In this document: in pieces, positions 38,635 to 48,824 of the stretch
How the letters are laid out: every line of letters starts with the position of its first letter
Position numbering within the stretch: the first letter of the stretch is position 1
NCBI GenBank assembly: GCA_038153405.1
Contig: JAYOYH010000010.1
Location: 22,751-86,750 of the forward strand
DNA length: 64,000 nucleotides
From: Gemmatimonadota bacterium
GTDB lineage: Bacteria; Latescibacterota; UBA2968; UBA8231
Direction of reading: 5' to 3'
Notes under the pieces: generated by a model
Databases searched by the model: none
What the model was told of the DNA's origin: nothing
Seen by the model: the letters and a program-made list of their open reading frames with translations, nothing else
Translations under genes and position numbers: made by a program

Positions 38635-39210
38635 ATGCAGCCCACTATTGCCTTTGACGAAAAGGAGCTCAACGCGCGGCAGGCCGCCGTCGATGCACCG
38701 CAACTGCGGGCGGCTACGCCGAACGAGAAGTCTACCATAGGCCTGCTGGTCAACGATCGCCCTGGCGTGCTCGTTCGCATCGCCCAAGTTTTTGCTCGAC
38801 GCGGCTACAACATTGAGAACTTGGTCGTCTCGCAGGCCCATATTCCCAATACCTCGCGCATGACCATTACCTGTATCGGGCCAGAGAACGAGCTCCAGCA
38901 GATCATTCTGCAGCTCAACAAATTGGTCGACGTCATCCACGCCAAAGACCACACAGACGACCAAGCCATCGCGCGCGAGTTGGCCCTCTTCAAAATCGGC
39001 TGCACGGTTTCCGAACGCACCGAAGTGCTGCAAATAGCGGAGGTGTTTCGCGGCAAGACCGTCGATATCTCGTCGGAGACCATCACAATAGAAGCGACGG
39101 GGACTACAGAAAAAATGGACGCCCTGCGCGCGCTGCTAGACAAATTTGCGATAAAGGAAATGGTGCGGACCGGCAAAGTCGTCATGGCCCGCGGCGACCA
39201 GAGCACCTGA
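38635..39210 (+). CDS. ilvN: Acetolactate synthase small (regulatory) subunit
   Basis: The start is adjusted to MQPTIAFDEK..., 3 nt after the ilvB stop. The ACT domain is IGLLVNDRPGVLVRIAQVFARRGYNIENLVV. The gene encodes 191 aa. Confidence 0.85.
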   Translation: MQPTIAFDEKELNARQAAVDAPQLRAATPNEKSTIGLLVNDRPGVLVRIAQVFARRGYNIENLVVSQAHIPNTSRMTITCIGPENELQQIILQLNKLVDVIHAKDHTDDQAIARELALFKIGCTVSERTEVLQIAEVFRGKTVDISSETITIEATGTTEKMDALRALLDKFAIKEMVRTGKVVMARGDQST

Positions 39211-39216
39211 TGCGGC

Positions 39217-39257
39217 ATTGAGGCACGGCTTTCCAAGAAGGCTCGCCGTGCCTCAAT
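39217..39257 (+). other. 13-bp-stem hairpin after ilvN (ATTGAGGCACGGC-N15-GCCGTGCCTCAAT)
   Basis: Perfect inverted repeat with a 15-nt loop and no T-tract after it. It may be a Rho-dependent or attenuator-type element, or an mRNA stabiliser. Confidence 0.3.
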
Positions 39258-39282
39258 CACTCCATTGGAATAGGAGATTCCT

Positions 39283-39660
39283 TTGAGCGAAAAACCGACC
39301 TGGACGCTGCTGCTGATCGACCCGAGCGCCATGTCGCGCGCCACGCTCAAACGCCAGCTGGAGTACTATGGCTACGCCGTGAGCGAAGCCGAAAGCGGGC
39401 GCGGCGGCGTGCAGCTATTCCAACAGCAGCACCGCGAAATCGATCTGATCGTTCTCGATATGGGTATCGGCGACGTGCCCGGAGCCAACGTCCTGCAAGT
39501 GCTGCAGAAGATACGCCCCGAAGCCAACGTTATTCTCATCACCGACCAAGCGCTGGCCGATGGGCGCGCCCTGCCGGAAGGCGTGGCCGGCGTGCTCAAA
39601 AAACCCGTGCGCACCGACCGTCTACTCGCCGTCGTTGGCAAAGCCTTAGGACGCACGTGA
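39283..39660 (+). CDS. Stand-alone response-regulator receiver domain (CheY-like)
   Basis: 125 aa with a TTG start after GGAGAT. LLLID...IDLIVLDMGIGD...ILITDQ...K gives the receiver-domain acidic pocket and the conserved Lys. There is no output domain. Confidence 0.7.
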   Translation: MSEKPTWTLLLIDPSAMSRATLKRQLEYYGYAVSEAESGRGGVQLFQQQHREIDLIVLDMGIGDVPGANVLQVLQKIRPEANVILITDQALADGRALPEGVAGVLKKPVRTDRLLAVVGKALGRT

Positions 39661-40244
39661 ACTGGACGCCGCCCGCGCACTGTCGGGGCCTCCTATTTGA
39701 CTGCGATGGCACGCTCGTCGACTCCATGCCGCTCCACTATCGGGCCTGGTGCACGACGCTCAACCGCCATGGCCTCGCCTTTCCCGAAACGCAGTTCTAC
39801 GCCTGGGCTGGCCTCCCCATTGCCGACATCATAGCGCGCCTCAGCGCGGCACAGGGCATCGACGTCGACATCGATGCCGTTGCCGCCGAACGCGATCAGT
39901 GCTTTCACAGTCTGTCCACGTGCGCTATGCAGCCGGTTCAACCCGTTGTCGAAATCGCCCGAGCCCATCGCCAGGTCCTGCCCATGGCCGTGGCTACCGG
40001 CAGCACCCACGCGTCGGCCAGCGCCTCGCTGGAAGCCATAGGGATATTGCCTTGGTTTGCTGCCGTGGTAAGTTCTTTAGACGCCGGACGGGCCAAACCC
40101 GCACCCGATGTCTTCTTGGCTGCTGCGCGGGCCATCGGCGTTCCGGCCGACTCCTGCGTTGCCTTTGAAGACGGCGATACGGGCTTAGAAGCAGCCCGCG
40201 CTGCGGGCATGTTGGCCATCGATATTCGACCGTGGTTGAAATGA
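39657..40244 (+). CDS. HAD-superfamily hydrolase (subfamily IA, beta-phosphoglucomutase/phosphatase-like)
   Basis: Motif I GLLFDCDGTLVDS, motif II ...ATGS and motif IV FEDGDTG are present. The gene encodes 195 aa from a GTG start. Confidence 0.75.
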   Translation: MNWTPPAHCRGLLFDCDGTLVDSMPLHYRAWCTTLNRHGLAFPETQFYAWAGLPIADIIARLSAAQGIDVDIDAVAAERDQCFHSLSTCAMQPVQPVVEIARAHRQVLPMAVATGSTHASASASLEAIGILPWFAAVVSSLDAGRAKPAPDVFLAAARAIGVPADSCVAFEDGDTGLEAARAAGMLAIDIRPWLK

Positions 40245-40262
40245 CTCGAACGAGGAATTGCC

Positions 40263-41168
40263 ATGTCTATACGACCCGTTAAATCCACCCTGCAGGCGCA
40301 ACCAACCCAAGAAGGTGCCGGCGTTAAGCTGCACCGCGGCTTCGGCTTTGGCCAGACGAACGAGACCGATCCATTCCTGCTCTTCGACGACTTTCGCAAC
40401 GAAAATCCCCAGGACTATCTGGCCGGCTTTCCCTGGCACCCGCATCGGGGCATTGAAACCATTACCTATGTGCTGGCCGGAACTGTAGCACACGGCGACA
40501 GCTTGGGCAACAGCGGCGATCTCGGCGCCGGCGACGTGCAGTGGATGACCGCCGGTCGGGGCATTTTGCACCAAGAGATGCCGCGCGGCGATGCGGCCGG
40601 TCGCATGCACGGATTTCAGCTATGGGCCAACCTCCCCTCGTCGCTAAAAATGACGGCGCCGCGCTATCAGGACGTGCTGTCGAAGGACATCCCTGCAATC
40701 ACCGACGACGACGGTACGACGGCACGCATTATCTGCGGCCAGTTTTGGGGACAGAAAGGCGTAGTCGACGGCATCGCCGCCGACCCATGCTATCTGGATA
40801 TTTCGATTCCGCCCAACCAGTTCAAAATACTACCCGTCGACACCTACCGCAGCGCCTTTGCCTATATCTTTGCCGGATCGGGCTGGTTCCGCGACGCCTC
40901 GGCGCCGCAGGCCGTGCAAACGGAGATCCTCGGACAAGTCGCCCCGGGTGAGGTCGATGCCTTGGGCAACCGCTCGCTCGTGCTCTTTGACGGCGGCGAC
41001 CAAGTAGCGGTGCAGGCCGGTCCCGAAGGCATGCGCTTTCTGCTTATTTCGGGTCGCCCCATTGAAGAGCCCGTCGCCTGGTACGGCCCCATCGTTATGA
41101 ATACCGAAGCCGAACTGCGACAGGCCTTCAGCGAACTGCAAAACGGCACGTTTATTGCAGACCGCTAG
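40263..41168 (+). CDS. Pirin-family protein (bicupin)
   Basis: GFPWHPHRGIETITYVLAG...H.D..G is a pirin N-terminal cupin motif with metal-ligand histidines. The gene encodes 301 aa. Confidence 0.85.
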   Translation: MSIRPVKSTLQAQPTQEGAGVKLHRGFGFGQTNETDPFLLFDDFRNENPQDYLAGFPWHPHRGIETITYVLAGTVAHGDSLGNSGDLGAGDVQWMTAGRGILHQEMPRGDAAGRMHGFQLWANLPSSLKMTAPRYQDVLSKDIPAITDDDGTTARIICGQFWGQKGVVDGIAADPCYLDISIPPNQFKILPVDTYRSAFAYIFAGSGWFRDASAPQAVQTEILGQVAPGEVDALGNRSLVLFDGGDQVAVQAGPEGMRFLLISGRPIEEPVAWYGPIVMNTEAELRQAFSELQNGTFIADR

Positions 41169-41193
41169 CCCCACACCGGTCCCACCAAAACGC

Positions 41194-41237
41194 AAAAGGC
41201 CCCGTTAGATCCATATCTAACGGGGCCTTCTTTTTTG
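41194..41237. terminator. Bidirectional intrinsic terminator between convergent pirin and TonB-receptor genes
   Basis: AAAA-GGCCCCGTTAGAT-CCAT-ATCTAACGGGGCC-TTCTTTTTT is a 13-bp perfect stem flanked by an A-run and a T-run. Confidence 0.8.
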
Positions 41238-41254
41238 CCTCTTACATAGTGCGA

Positions 41255-44104
41255 CTAAAACGCTGTACTTAGCTGCAGTACAGTAAGACGACCGATCATC
41301 GGCGCACCGACGAACTCGATGTGCTCGTTGTCCAGCGCGTTCGCTATATCCAGCGTCAAGCGCACATCCTCGTACTTGTTACTGGTAGGAAATTGATAGC
41401 TGACGCTCAGATCCGACACCATGTATTCGCCAACTTTGCCGACATACACGCCCGAGCTCTGACGGAACGAGTCGCTGTAACGATGCTGTAAACCCAGACT
41501 TAGACCCGAATGTGTAGTATACTTCATACCCCATTTGAGCTTCAGCTTCGGCGCGTTGAGCGCGATATCGGCTATGCCGTCGACGTCCTCAAAGAAGTTG
41601 TTCTGGATATAGGCCAAACCGCCCGAAACCATCAGCGCATCGCTGGCGTAGTAGGCCATATTCAGATCGAGACCGCTCGTGGTCACCTTACCGAAGTTGC
41701 GATAAGTGAGAATCAGCGCCGTCGGATCGTAGGCCTGCTCGGGCGATACGGTCCCATATGGAATGCTGGCCGCACCGCGCACAAAGAGCGCCGTCACTTC
41801 GTCGACGGCCGTGCCGTTGCCGTTGCCTTCCAACACACCAGGCAGTTGAACAGCGTCCAGCGCGGCGACGGCCCCGGCGACTTGGGCATTGGCCGGGTCG
41901 GCCATCGCCGCGGCAATGCCCGGGCCCAGCGCGGCCGCCAAACTCGTCGGCTCAAGGAATACGTTGGGGGTTTCCACCGCCAGCGGACCGACGAAGTTTT
42001 CCGTCGTCGTGCGATAGGCGTCGGCGGCAATGACCAGCTTGTTGCCCAGCACGCCCTTATAGCCGAGTTCGAATGTATTCGTCGTCGTTGAACGCGTAAA
42101 CGGCACGTCGTAGGCATCGGCGACCGGATCAAAGGGGGCCGCATCGCCCGCCGCAACTTTTTCCAAGTTGAGCGACATCAGCATATTGTCGAGCCCTGCC
42201 AGCTGCTGCGGTATCAGCGACGGCAGCGACGCGGCTAGCGCACCTGCCGTGGCCTGCGCCGTCGCCGCATCCATGCCAGCCGCCTGAAGCTGACCGGTGA
42301 CCAGCTGCGTGAAAACAGGCGTAACCTGCGCAAGAGTCGCACCGCGGCCTACGCCCCACATAACGTTAGTGAAGATCGGATCGTCCATGTTCCAGTACTG
42401 CTCGGGCGACGCGCCGGCCAGCGGCGCAAACGGCGAGCGGAACTGCGGACGGCCATTGGCCGAGCGCATAAAGCTCATGCCACCGTCAAAGCCCCCGCGA
42501 TAGGTGCCCTGGGCGCGCACGTCAAAGCTCGGCGCAAAGCCAAATGCGGGCTGAAACAGCGCTCCAGTGCCGAAAGCATCGCGCGAAGATACAAGATCGA
42601 GGTACATATTGTTGCTGCCCGGCGTTGAGAACGCCCTATTGTAGGTCAGGCGCAGCGTCTGCGCATCCGTCGGCTTAAATACCAGCGCCGCGCGCGGGCT
42701 AACGGCCGCGTCGGGAATGCGGTTGTGATCGTCGTAGCGCGCAGCCAGCACCAGCTCCAACTGATCGGTCAGCGACGTTTCGCTCTGCAAATAGAGACCG
42801 AATTCGTTGGTGTCGTCGTCGTTTTCATTGGCGCCGTTGATCGTGCCTTCCGTATCGGGCCGCGTGCGCAGCACATCGGTGCCGTAGGTAAAGCGCTGGC
42901 GGGCACCAAGATCAAAGGAGTGTTGTAACTGGTAAACCGTCAGACTCGACTTATCGCGAATGGGATCACCGCTGCGCAGCAAAAAGGTATCGCCCGCATC
43001 GGTCCAGTTCTGAAAAGTCTGGAAGAACAGTCCCTTGTAGAGAACGCGCGCCTGGTAGTAGCCGCTGACCCAGCCGTCGGCCTGGCCGGCGCCCAGCCCC
43101 GTCATCTCTATGTTGCTTGCACTATTATACCCGCTTGAAACGACGGCTGTTAGGTCGTCGCTCGGCCTGTAATCAAGACGGAACTCGGAGGACATACGCG
43201 ACAGGTCGTAGTCGCGCTCTCTTATCTCTTCTGGATCGACATACTCCCAGTCCTTACCCAAAAATGTCTGCATCGAGAGCTTATACCCTAGCTTCTCCCC
43301 TATTTTTCCTGCGTGACGCGCGGATATACTGCGGACGTTACGCTCCCCTAAGAAACCCAAGTTAACATTCGTCCCCTGCTGATCCAGCGGCGAGCGCGTT
43401 ATAATGTGCATTACGCCGTTCGCGCTGTTGGGACCGTAGAGCGCCGAACCAGGCCCCAGCACGAGTTCGATGCGCTCAATATCATCGTTGGTAACGGGAA
43501 TGAAGTTGTAGGCATTCAGGCGCAGCGAGGGCACGCGCGCGATGCGATTGTCCGTCAGCGTCAGCAGCGCGCCGGAAAAGATATTGTTAAAACCGCGCGC
43601 CACGACATTGGCCTGGGCCAAGCCCGTCTGTGCAAAGTCAACGGCCGGCAGGTCGCGAATATGCTCGGCCACTGAAGACACCGGCTGCGCGCGAATATCG
43701 TCCGCCTCTATGACAGAGACGGAAGCTGGTGCATCGAGAATTTTCTCCTGTCGCCGCGAGGCCGAAACCACGCTCTGACCGAGCAGAATAACCTCGTCGC
43801 GCAGCACCAAATCGAGGGTCAGCCGAGCGCCGCTGCCCACGTTCACATCAGCGCGGACCAGCTCTTCGTAGCCGATATGCGTAACGCGCAGCACATAGCG
43901 ACCAACGGGCACATCGTCCAGCGAAAATCGTCCCTCCTCGTCGCTAATGGCTCCCGTCTTAAAGCCCCCGCCTTCCAACGCGACATTAGCACCGACAATA
44001 GCTTCTCCATCCGCATCTGTAACCATTCCAGAAAGGTCTGAATTTCCCTGACCCAATGCGCTGGCTGCCCACATTACACACAAAACAGCCCACAATCTCA
44101 CCAT
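41255..44104 (-). CDS. TonB-dependent outer-membrane receptor with N-terminal carboxypeptidase-regulatory-like domain
   Basis: 949 aa. Signal peptide is present. GMVTDADGEAIVGANVAL...GRYVLRVTHIGY is the CarbopepD_reg domain. Plug-domain motifs SASRRQEKILDAPASVSVI are present. It is a long beta-barrel ending in TAF. Confidence 0.85.
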   Translation of the reverse strand: MVRLWAVLCVMWAASALGQGNSDLSGMVTDADGEAIVGANVALEGGGFKTGAISDEEGRFSLDDVPVGRYVLRVTHIGYEELVRADVNVGSGARLTLDLVLRDEVILLGQSVVSASRRQEKILDAPASVSVIEADDIRAQPVSSVAEHIRDLPAVDFAQTGLAQANVVARGFNNIFSGALLTLTDNRIARVPSLRLNAYNFIPVTNDDIERIELVLGPGSALYGPNSANGVMHIITRSPLDQQGTNVNLGFLGERNVRSISARHAGKIGEKLGYKLSMQTFLGKDWEYVDPEEIRERDYDLSRMSSEFRLDYRPSDDLTAVVSSGYNSASNIEMTGLGAGQADGWVSGYYQARVLYKGLFFQTFQNWTDAGDTFLLRSGDPIRDKSSLTVYQLQHSFDLGARQRFTYGTDVLRTRPDTEGTINGANENDDDTNEFGLYLQSETSLTDQLELVLAARYDDHNRIPDAAVSPRAALVFKPTDAQTLRLTYNRAFSTPGSNNMYLDLVSSRDAFGTGALFQPAFGFAPSFDVRAQGTYRGGFDGGMSFMRSANGRPQFRSPFAPLAGASPEQYWNMDDPIFTNVMWGVGRGATLAQVTPVFTQLVTGQLQAAGMDAATAQATAGALAASLPSLIPQQLAGLDNMLMSLNLEKVAAGDAAPFDPVADAYDVPFTRSTTTNTFELGYKGVLGNKLVIAADAYRTTTENFVGPLAVETPNVFLEPTSLAAALGPGIAAAMADPANAQVAGAVAALDAVQLPGVLEGNGNGTAVDEVTALFVRGAASIPYGTVSPEQAYDPTALILTYRNFGKVTTSGLDLNMAYYASDALMVSGGLAYIQNNFFEDVDGIADIALNAPKLKLKWGMKYTTHSGLSLGLQHRYSDSFRQSSGVYVGKVGEYMVSDLSVSYQFPTSNKYEDVRLTLDIANALDNEHIEFVGAPMIGRLTVLQLSTAF

Positions 44105-44138
44105 GAAATAATCCCTCCCTTAAGCGGGTAAGCACATA

Positions 44139-44168
44139 TTGTAACTTGGCGTTGCACTCCTATATAAC
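44139..44168 (+). promoter_or_regulatory. Candidate sigma70-like promoter (TTGTAA - N18 - TATAAC) for the Gfo/Idh/MocA gene
   Basis: The hexamers sit at 44139-44144 and 44163-44168, directly abutting the downstream palindrome. Confidence 0.3.
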
Positions 44169-44196
44169 AATCCATTTGCAACGCAGCAAATGGATT
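44169..44196. promoter_or_regulatory. Perfect palindrome AATCCATTTGC-N6-GCAAATGGATT (candidate operator)
   Basis: 11-bp perfect arms with a 6-nt spacer. It sits immediately downstream of the -10-like element and is followed by TTT. Confidence 0.4.
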
Positions 44197-44242
44197 TTTA
44201 TGTTTTCGAGCCACACACACTCCTACCCCATTTAGAGGCAGT

Positions 44243-45262
44243 ATGTCCGATACGCTCAAATTGGCCTTTGTCGGCTGCGGGGCAATCGCCCGCTATCACT
44301 TGGACGGCCTTTCTGAACACGCACCCAACGTGCGCGTGACGGCCTGCGTCGATCCCGATCCAGAAAAAGCGCACGCCTATGCCAAAGAGACTGGCGGTCG
44401 CGCCTTCGCCTCCATCGATGAAGCGCTGGCCGAGGGCGACTTTGACGCCGTCGACCTGATGTTACCACACGACTTGCACGAGCGCATTGCCATTCAGTGT
44501 CTGCAGGCGGGCAAGCACGTCCTGTTGGAAAAACCCATGGCGCCTACGCTCGACGCGTGCGATCGAATTTTACAGGTGGCAAAGGGCACAGACGTCGTCT
44601 TTATGGTCGCAGAAAACGCCCAGTACTGGCCTGAAATCGTCAAGGCAAAAGAGCTGATAGATAACGGCGCTATTGGCGAGATCATCACCGCGCGCGCAGC
44701 CTTTGTCTACGAGTACGACGACTACTGGTTTAAGGAGGCACGGCCCTGGCGCTTTGACCGCGGGCGCACGGGCGGCGGCATCACCATCGACGGCGGTTCG
44801 CACTGGATACGCCCCCTGCGCATGTGGATGGGTGAACTGGACGCGGTGGTCGGGGTCATCGGCCACCCTCTACGGCAAATGGAGGGCGAGTCGCTCACCC
44901 GTGCCCTGTTCCGCTTCGAATCGGGCAAAGTGGCGCAGTTCGATGCCATGATGATCGATACGGTTTTCGCCCCCGAACCCTGGTGGCGCATTACTGGCAC
45001 TCTAGGCGAGATCACTATCAGCGCTAGTCTGGCCGGCGCCGAACTCTGGCTGTGGAACGCCGCCCACCGCGAGGGGGAGAAAGTATTTTCCAGCCCGGGT
45101 TATCCCCAGTCATTTGGTCCAGAGATCGCCGATTTTGCCGCGGCCGTTTTACGCGGCAAGGCACTCGAAGCGGGTCCAGAATACGCGCTCGGGGAACTCC
45201 GCGCCGCGCTGGCGATTTATCGCTCGGTTGAGACCGAGCGCTGGGAGCGCGTCTGGGACTGA
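44243..45262 (+). CDS. Gfo/Idh/MocA-family NAD(P)-dependent oxidoreductase
   Basis: The N-terminal Rossmann sequence is LKLAFVGCGAIARYHL. The EKP motif (LLEKPMA) is typical of the family. The gene encodes 339 aa. Confidence 0.8.
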   Translation: MSDTLKLAFVGCGAIARYHLDGLSEHAPNVRVTACVDPDPEKAHAYAKETGGRAFASIDEALAEGDFDAVDLMLPHDLHERIAIQCLQAGKHVLLEKPMAPTLDACDRILQVAKGTDVVFMVAENAQYWPEIVKAKELIDNGAIGEIITARAAFVYEYDDYWFKEARPWRFDRGRTGGGITIDGGSHWIRPLRMWMGELDAVVGVIGHPLRQMEGESLTRALFRFESGKVAQFDAMMIDTVFAPEPWWRITGTLGEITISASLAGAELWLWNAAHREGEKVFSSPGYPQSFGPEIADFAAAVLRGKALEAGPEYALGELRAALAIYRSVETERWERVWD

Positions 45263-45407
45263 TACTCTTGCACCACATTTTCCTTTTAGATATATTATGC
45301 GGTTGTATACGATGGGCCCCCCGCTTGCGATATGCGGCTCAGGTGCGCAAACGCGCTCTACCCGATTTTCCGGTCAACTACAACCATTAGCGAAAGTGTA
45401 TTGAGGC

Positions 45408-48050
45408 ATGGCGAAAAAATACGTCTACCTGTTTGGTACCCGTAAGTCAGAAGGCGATAGGAGTATGCGCAACTTGCTCGGCGGCAAGGGCGCCAACTTG
45501 GCAGAGATGTCCAGTCTCGGACTGCCTGTCCCGGCCGGCTTCACCATTACCACCGACGTCTGCACCTACTACTACGATCACAGCAAGTCCTATCCGCGCG
45601 AGTTGAGCAAACAGATAGAGGCGGCCATTGGCGAGGTCGAAAAGAAGATGGGCGCCCGATTCGGCAATCCGCAAAACCCGCTCTTGCTCTCCGTGCGCTC
45701 CGGCGCGCGCGTGTCCATGCCGGGCATGATGGAAACGGTGCTCAACCTCGGCCTGAACGACGAGATCGTCGAGGGCTTAATCGCCAAGTCGAATGATCCG
45801 CGCTTTTGCTACGACGTGTATCGCCGCTTCGTCCAGATGTACGGCGACGTCGTTATGGGCGTGCGTCCCGAAGGCATCGAAATCGATCCCTTTGAGCAAC
45901 TCATCGAGAAGAAGAAGCACAAGCGCGGCGTTAAGCTCGACAACGAACTGCTAGCCGAAGACCTCAAGGAACTCGTCGCCGAATACAAGGCCGAGATCAA
46001 AAAGCGCCTCAAACGCAATTTCCCCGAAGACCCCAAAGAGCAGCTGTGGGGCGCGGTGGGCGCCGTCTTTAGCTCGTGGCAGGGCGAGCGCGCCATCCGC
46101 TACCGAGAGATCGAAGGCATTCCCCATAATTGGGGCACTGCCGTCAACGTGCAGTCCATGGTCTACGGCAATATGGGCGACGATTGCGCCACCGGCGTAG
46201 CCTTTACCCGCGATCCCTCGACGGGCAAAAACCAGCTCTACGGCGAGTTTCTAATCAATGCCCAAGGCGAGGACGTGGTTGCCGGCATCCGCACCCCGGA
46301 GCCCGTGTCGCTTCTCAAACGCATACAGCCCAAGGCCTACAAAGAGTTTGAAGCTGTCTGCTCCCTGTTAGAGAAGCACTACAAAGACATGCAGGACATG
46401 GAGTTCACCATTCAGCAGGGCAAGCTGTGGATGCTGCAGACGCGCGGCGGTAAGCGCACGGCCGCCGCTGCGGTAAAAATCGCCGTCGACATGGTCCGCG
46501 AGCGCCTGATCACCAAGAAAGAAGCGCTGATGCGCGTCGATCCGGCCGATCTCGACCAGCTGCTGCACCCGACTTTTGCCACAGGCAATAAAAACGAGGT
46601 CATCGGCAAGGGCCTACCGGCCTCGCCGGGTGCATCCAGCGGCACCGTCGTGTTCCACGCCGACCAAGCCGAAGAGCTGGCAGCCAAAGGACAGAAAGTC
46701 ATCCTCGTTCGCCTAGAAACTTCGCCAGAGGATATTGGCGGCATGCACGCAGCACAGGGCATTCTCACGGCGCGCGGCGGTATGACCAGCCACGCCGCCG
46801 TGGTCGCGCGCGGCATGGGCAAGTGCTGCGTAGCCGGCTGCGACGACATCGTGATCGATTACAGAAAAGACCAGTTTATCGCAGGGGGCAAAACGGTTAA
46901 GAAGGGCGATTGGGTTTCGCTCGATGGATCCTCCGGTGAGGTCATGCTCGGCCAGGCGCCCACGCAGGATGCCACCTTCTCCAAAGAATTTGCCACGCTG
47001 ATGAAGTGGGCCGACGAAGCGCGCAAACTCAATGTGCGCACCAACGCCGACACCCCGCACGACTCAGAGGTGGCGCGGCGCTTTGGCGCCGAGGGCATTG
47101 GCCTATGCCGCACCGAGCACATGTTCTTTGAGGGCGATCGCATTCTCGCCGTGCGCGAGATGATCCTCTCGGACGACGAGCGCGGACGCCGCAAGGCGCT
47201 GGCTAAACTGAAGCCCATACAGCGCCGCGACTTTGAGGGCATTTTCAAGGCGATGCATGGTTTACCCGTTACCATTCGCCTGCTGGACCCGCCGCTGCAC
47301 GAGTTCCTGCCCCACGAAGCGGCCCAGCAAAAGGAAATGGCCGACCAGATGAAAGTGCCGCTGCGGCAGATCAAGCAGAAGATCGATTCGCTGCACGAAT
47401 TCAATCCGATGCTCGGCCACCGCGGCTGCCGCCTTGGCATCACCTTCCCCGAAATTTACGAGATGCAGGCCGAGGCCATTTTCGAGGCGGCGATCAACGC
47501 CAAGAAAAAGCGCATTAAGGCCCTGCCCGAAATCATGATACCGCTGGTTGGAACCGTGCGCGAGCTGAGCGATCTGAAGGCGATGGTCGACCGCGTCGCC
47601 AGCGAAATTGGAAAGAAGCACAAAACCAAACTCAGCTACAGCGTCGGCACGATGATCGAGATTCCGCGCGCCGCGCTGGTAGCCGATCAAATCGCCGCCG
47701 AAGCCGAGTTTTTCAGCTTTGGCACCAACGATCTGACCCAGCTAACCTTTGGCTATAGCCGCGACGATGCGGGCAAGTTCCTGCCCGAATATGTCGAACA
47801 GGGCATTCTGCCGACCGATCCCTTCCAGACTCTCGATCAGGAAGGCGTTGGCCAGTTGGTGCGCATCGGCACCGAGCGCGGACGCAAAGCGCGCAAGAAT
47901 CTCAAGGTGGGTATCTGCGGCGAGCACGGCGGCGACCCCGAATCGGTGGCCTTCTGCCACTCCGTCGGTCTGAACTACGTTTCCTGCTCTCCCTATCGCG
48001 TTCCCATCGCGCGTTTGGCCGCAGCGCAGGCCGCCATCGGCGGTAAGTAG
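45408..48050 (+). CDS. ppdK: Pyruvate, phosphate dikinase
   Basis: 880 aa. The N-terminus FGTRKSEGD...LLGGKGANLAEM is canonical. The phospho-His region is GGMTSHAAVVARGMGKCCV. A C-terminal PEP-utilising TIM barrel follows. Confidence 0.9.
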   Translation: MAKKYVYLFGTRKSEGDRSMRNLLGGKGANLAEMSSLGLPVPAGFTITTDVCTYYYDHSKSYPRELSKQIEAAIGEVEKKMGARFGNPQNPLLLSVRSGARVSMPGMMETVLNLGLNDEIVEGLIAKSNDPRFCYDVYRRFVQMYGDVVMGVRPEGIEIDPFEQLIEKKKHKRGVKLDNELLAEDLKELVAEYKAEIKKRLKRNFPEDPKEQLWGAVGAVFSSWQGERAIRYREIEGIPHNWGTAVNVQSMVYGNMGDDCATGVAFTRDPSTGKNQLYGEFLINAQGEDVVAGIRTPEPVSLLKRIQPKAYKEFEAVCSLLEKHYKDMQDMEFTIQQGKLWMLQTRGGKRTAAAAVKIAVDMVRERLITKKEALMRVDPADLDQLLHPTFATGNKNEVIGKGLPASPGASSGTVVFHADQAEELAAKGQKVILVRLETSPEDIGGMHAAQGILTARGGMTSHAAVVARGMGKCCVAGCDDIVIDYRKDQFIAGGKTVKKGDWVSLDGSSGEVMLGQAPTQDATFSKEFATLMKWADEARKLNVRTNADTPHDSEVARRFGAEGIGLCRTEHMFFEGDRILAVREMILSDDERGRRKALAKLKPIQRRDFEGIFKAMHGLPVTIRLLDPPLHEFLPHEAAQQKEMADQMKVPLRQIKQKIDSLHEFNPMLGHRGCRLGITFPEIYEMQAEAIFEAAINAKKKRIKALPEIMIPLVGTVRELSDLKAMVDRVASEIGKKHKTKLSYSVGTMIEIPRAALVADQIAAEAEFFSFGTNDLTQLTFGYSRDDAGKFLPEYVEQGILPTDPFQTLDQEGVGQLVRIGTERGRKARKNLKVGICGEHGGDPESVAFCHSVGLNYVSCSPYRVPIARLAAAQAAIGGK

Positions 48051-48056
48051 GCCCCG

Positions 48057-48824
48057 ATGAGCAAGATCATTGCCATAGCAAACCAGAAAGGCGGTGTCGG
48101 CAAAACCACCACGGCCGTCAATCTGGCCGCATCGCTTGCTGTGGCCGAACAGAAGACCTTGCTCATCGATATGGACCCGCAGGCCAACGCGACATCAGGC
48201 TGCGGCTTTCAAGATTCCGAAGAGGTCGAGCCGGGCAATATCTACCACGCCCTGCTCGGCCACAAGGAACCGCAAGACGTGACGCTGCAGACGAAGATTT
48301 CCTATCTCTCTCTCATGCCCTCGCACGTCAACCTAGCCGGCGCCGAAGTGGAAATGGTCAACCTCATTGCTCGCGAGCAGAAGCTAGAAACTCTGCTGTC
48401 CAAAGTTAAGGACGACTACTCCTACATCATCGTCGACTGTCCCCCCTCGCTCGGGCTGCTGACGATCAACGCGCTAACCGCTTCGACCTCGGTTCTCATC
48501 CCCATCCAATGCGAATACTACGCCCTGGAGGGGCTGGGCAAATTGCTCAATACCGTCCGCCTCATACAGCGCCACCTCAACCCCAAGCTGCAGATCGCGG
48601 GCGTGCTGCTGACCATGTACGACGGCCGTCTCAACCTGTCGCGTCAGGTGGCCTCCGAGGTCAAGTCATATTTCGGCAACAAGGTCTACAAGACGGCTAT
48701 CAGCCGCAACGTGCGATTGGCCGAAGCGCCCAGTCACGGCCAGCCCATCGTTCTCTACGATATCCTCTCTCCCGGTGCACAAAACTATATGAGCCTAGCA
48801 GGAGAAGTGATCAACCATGGGTAA
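48057..48824 (+). CDS. parA: Chromosome-partitioning ATPase ParA/Soj
   Basis: The deviant Walker A motif [22 protein letters not shown] is present. The gene encodes 255 aa. Confidence 0.9.
   Translation: MSKIIAIANQKGGVGKTTTAVNLAASLAVAEQKTLLIDMDPQANATSGCGFQDSEEVEPGNIYHALLGHKEPQDVTLQTKISYLSLMPSHVNLAGAEVEMVNLIAREQKLETLLSKVKDDYSYIIVDCPPSLGLLTINALTASTSVLIPIQCEYYALEGLGKLLNTVRLIQRHLNPKLQIAGVLLTMYDGRLNLSRQVASEVKSYFGNKVYKTAISRNVRLAEAPSHGQPIVLYDILSPGAQNYMSLAGEVINHG

Noticed and set aside
45263-45407. Possible promoter TTGCAC-N17-TATATT upstream of ppdK
   Set aside because: Only 3 of 6 positions match in the -35. It is plausible but no better than chance in an AT-rich intergenic stretch. It is not reported as a feature.
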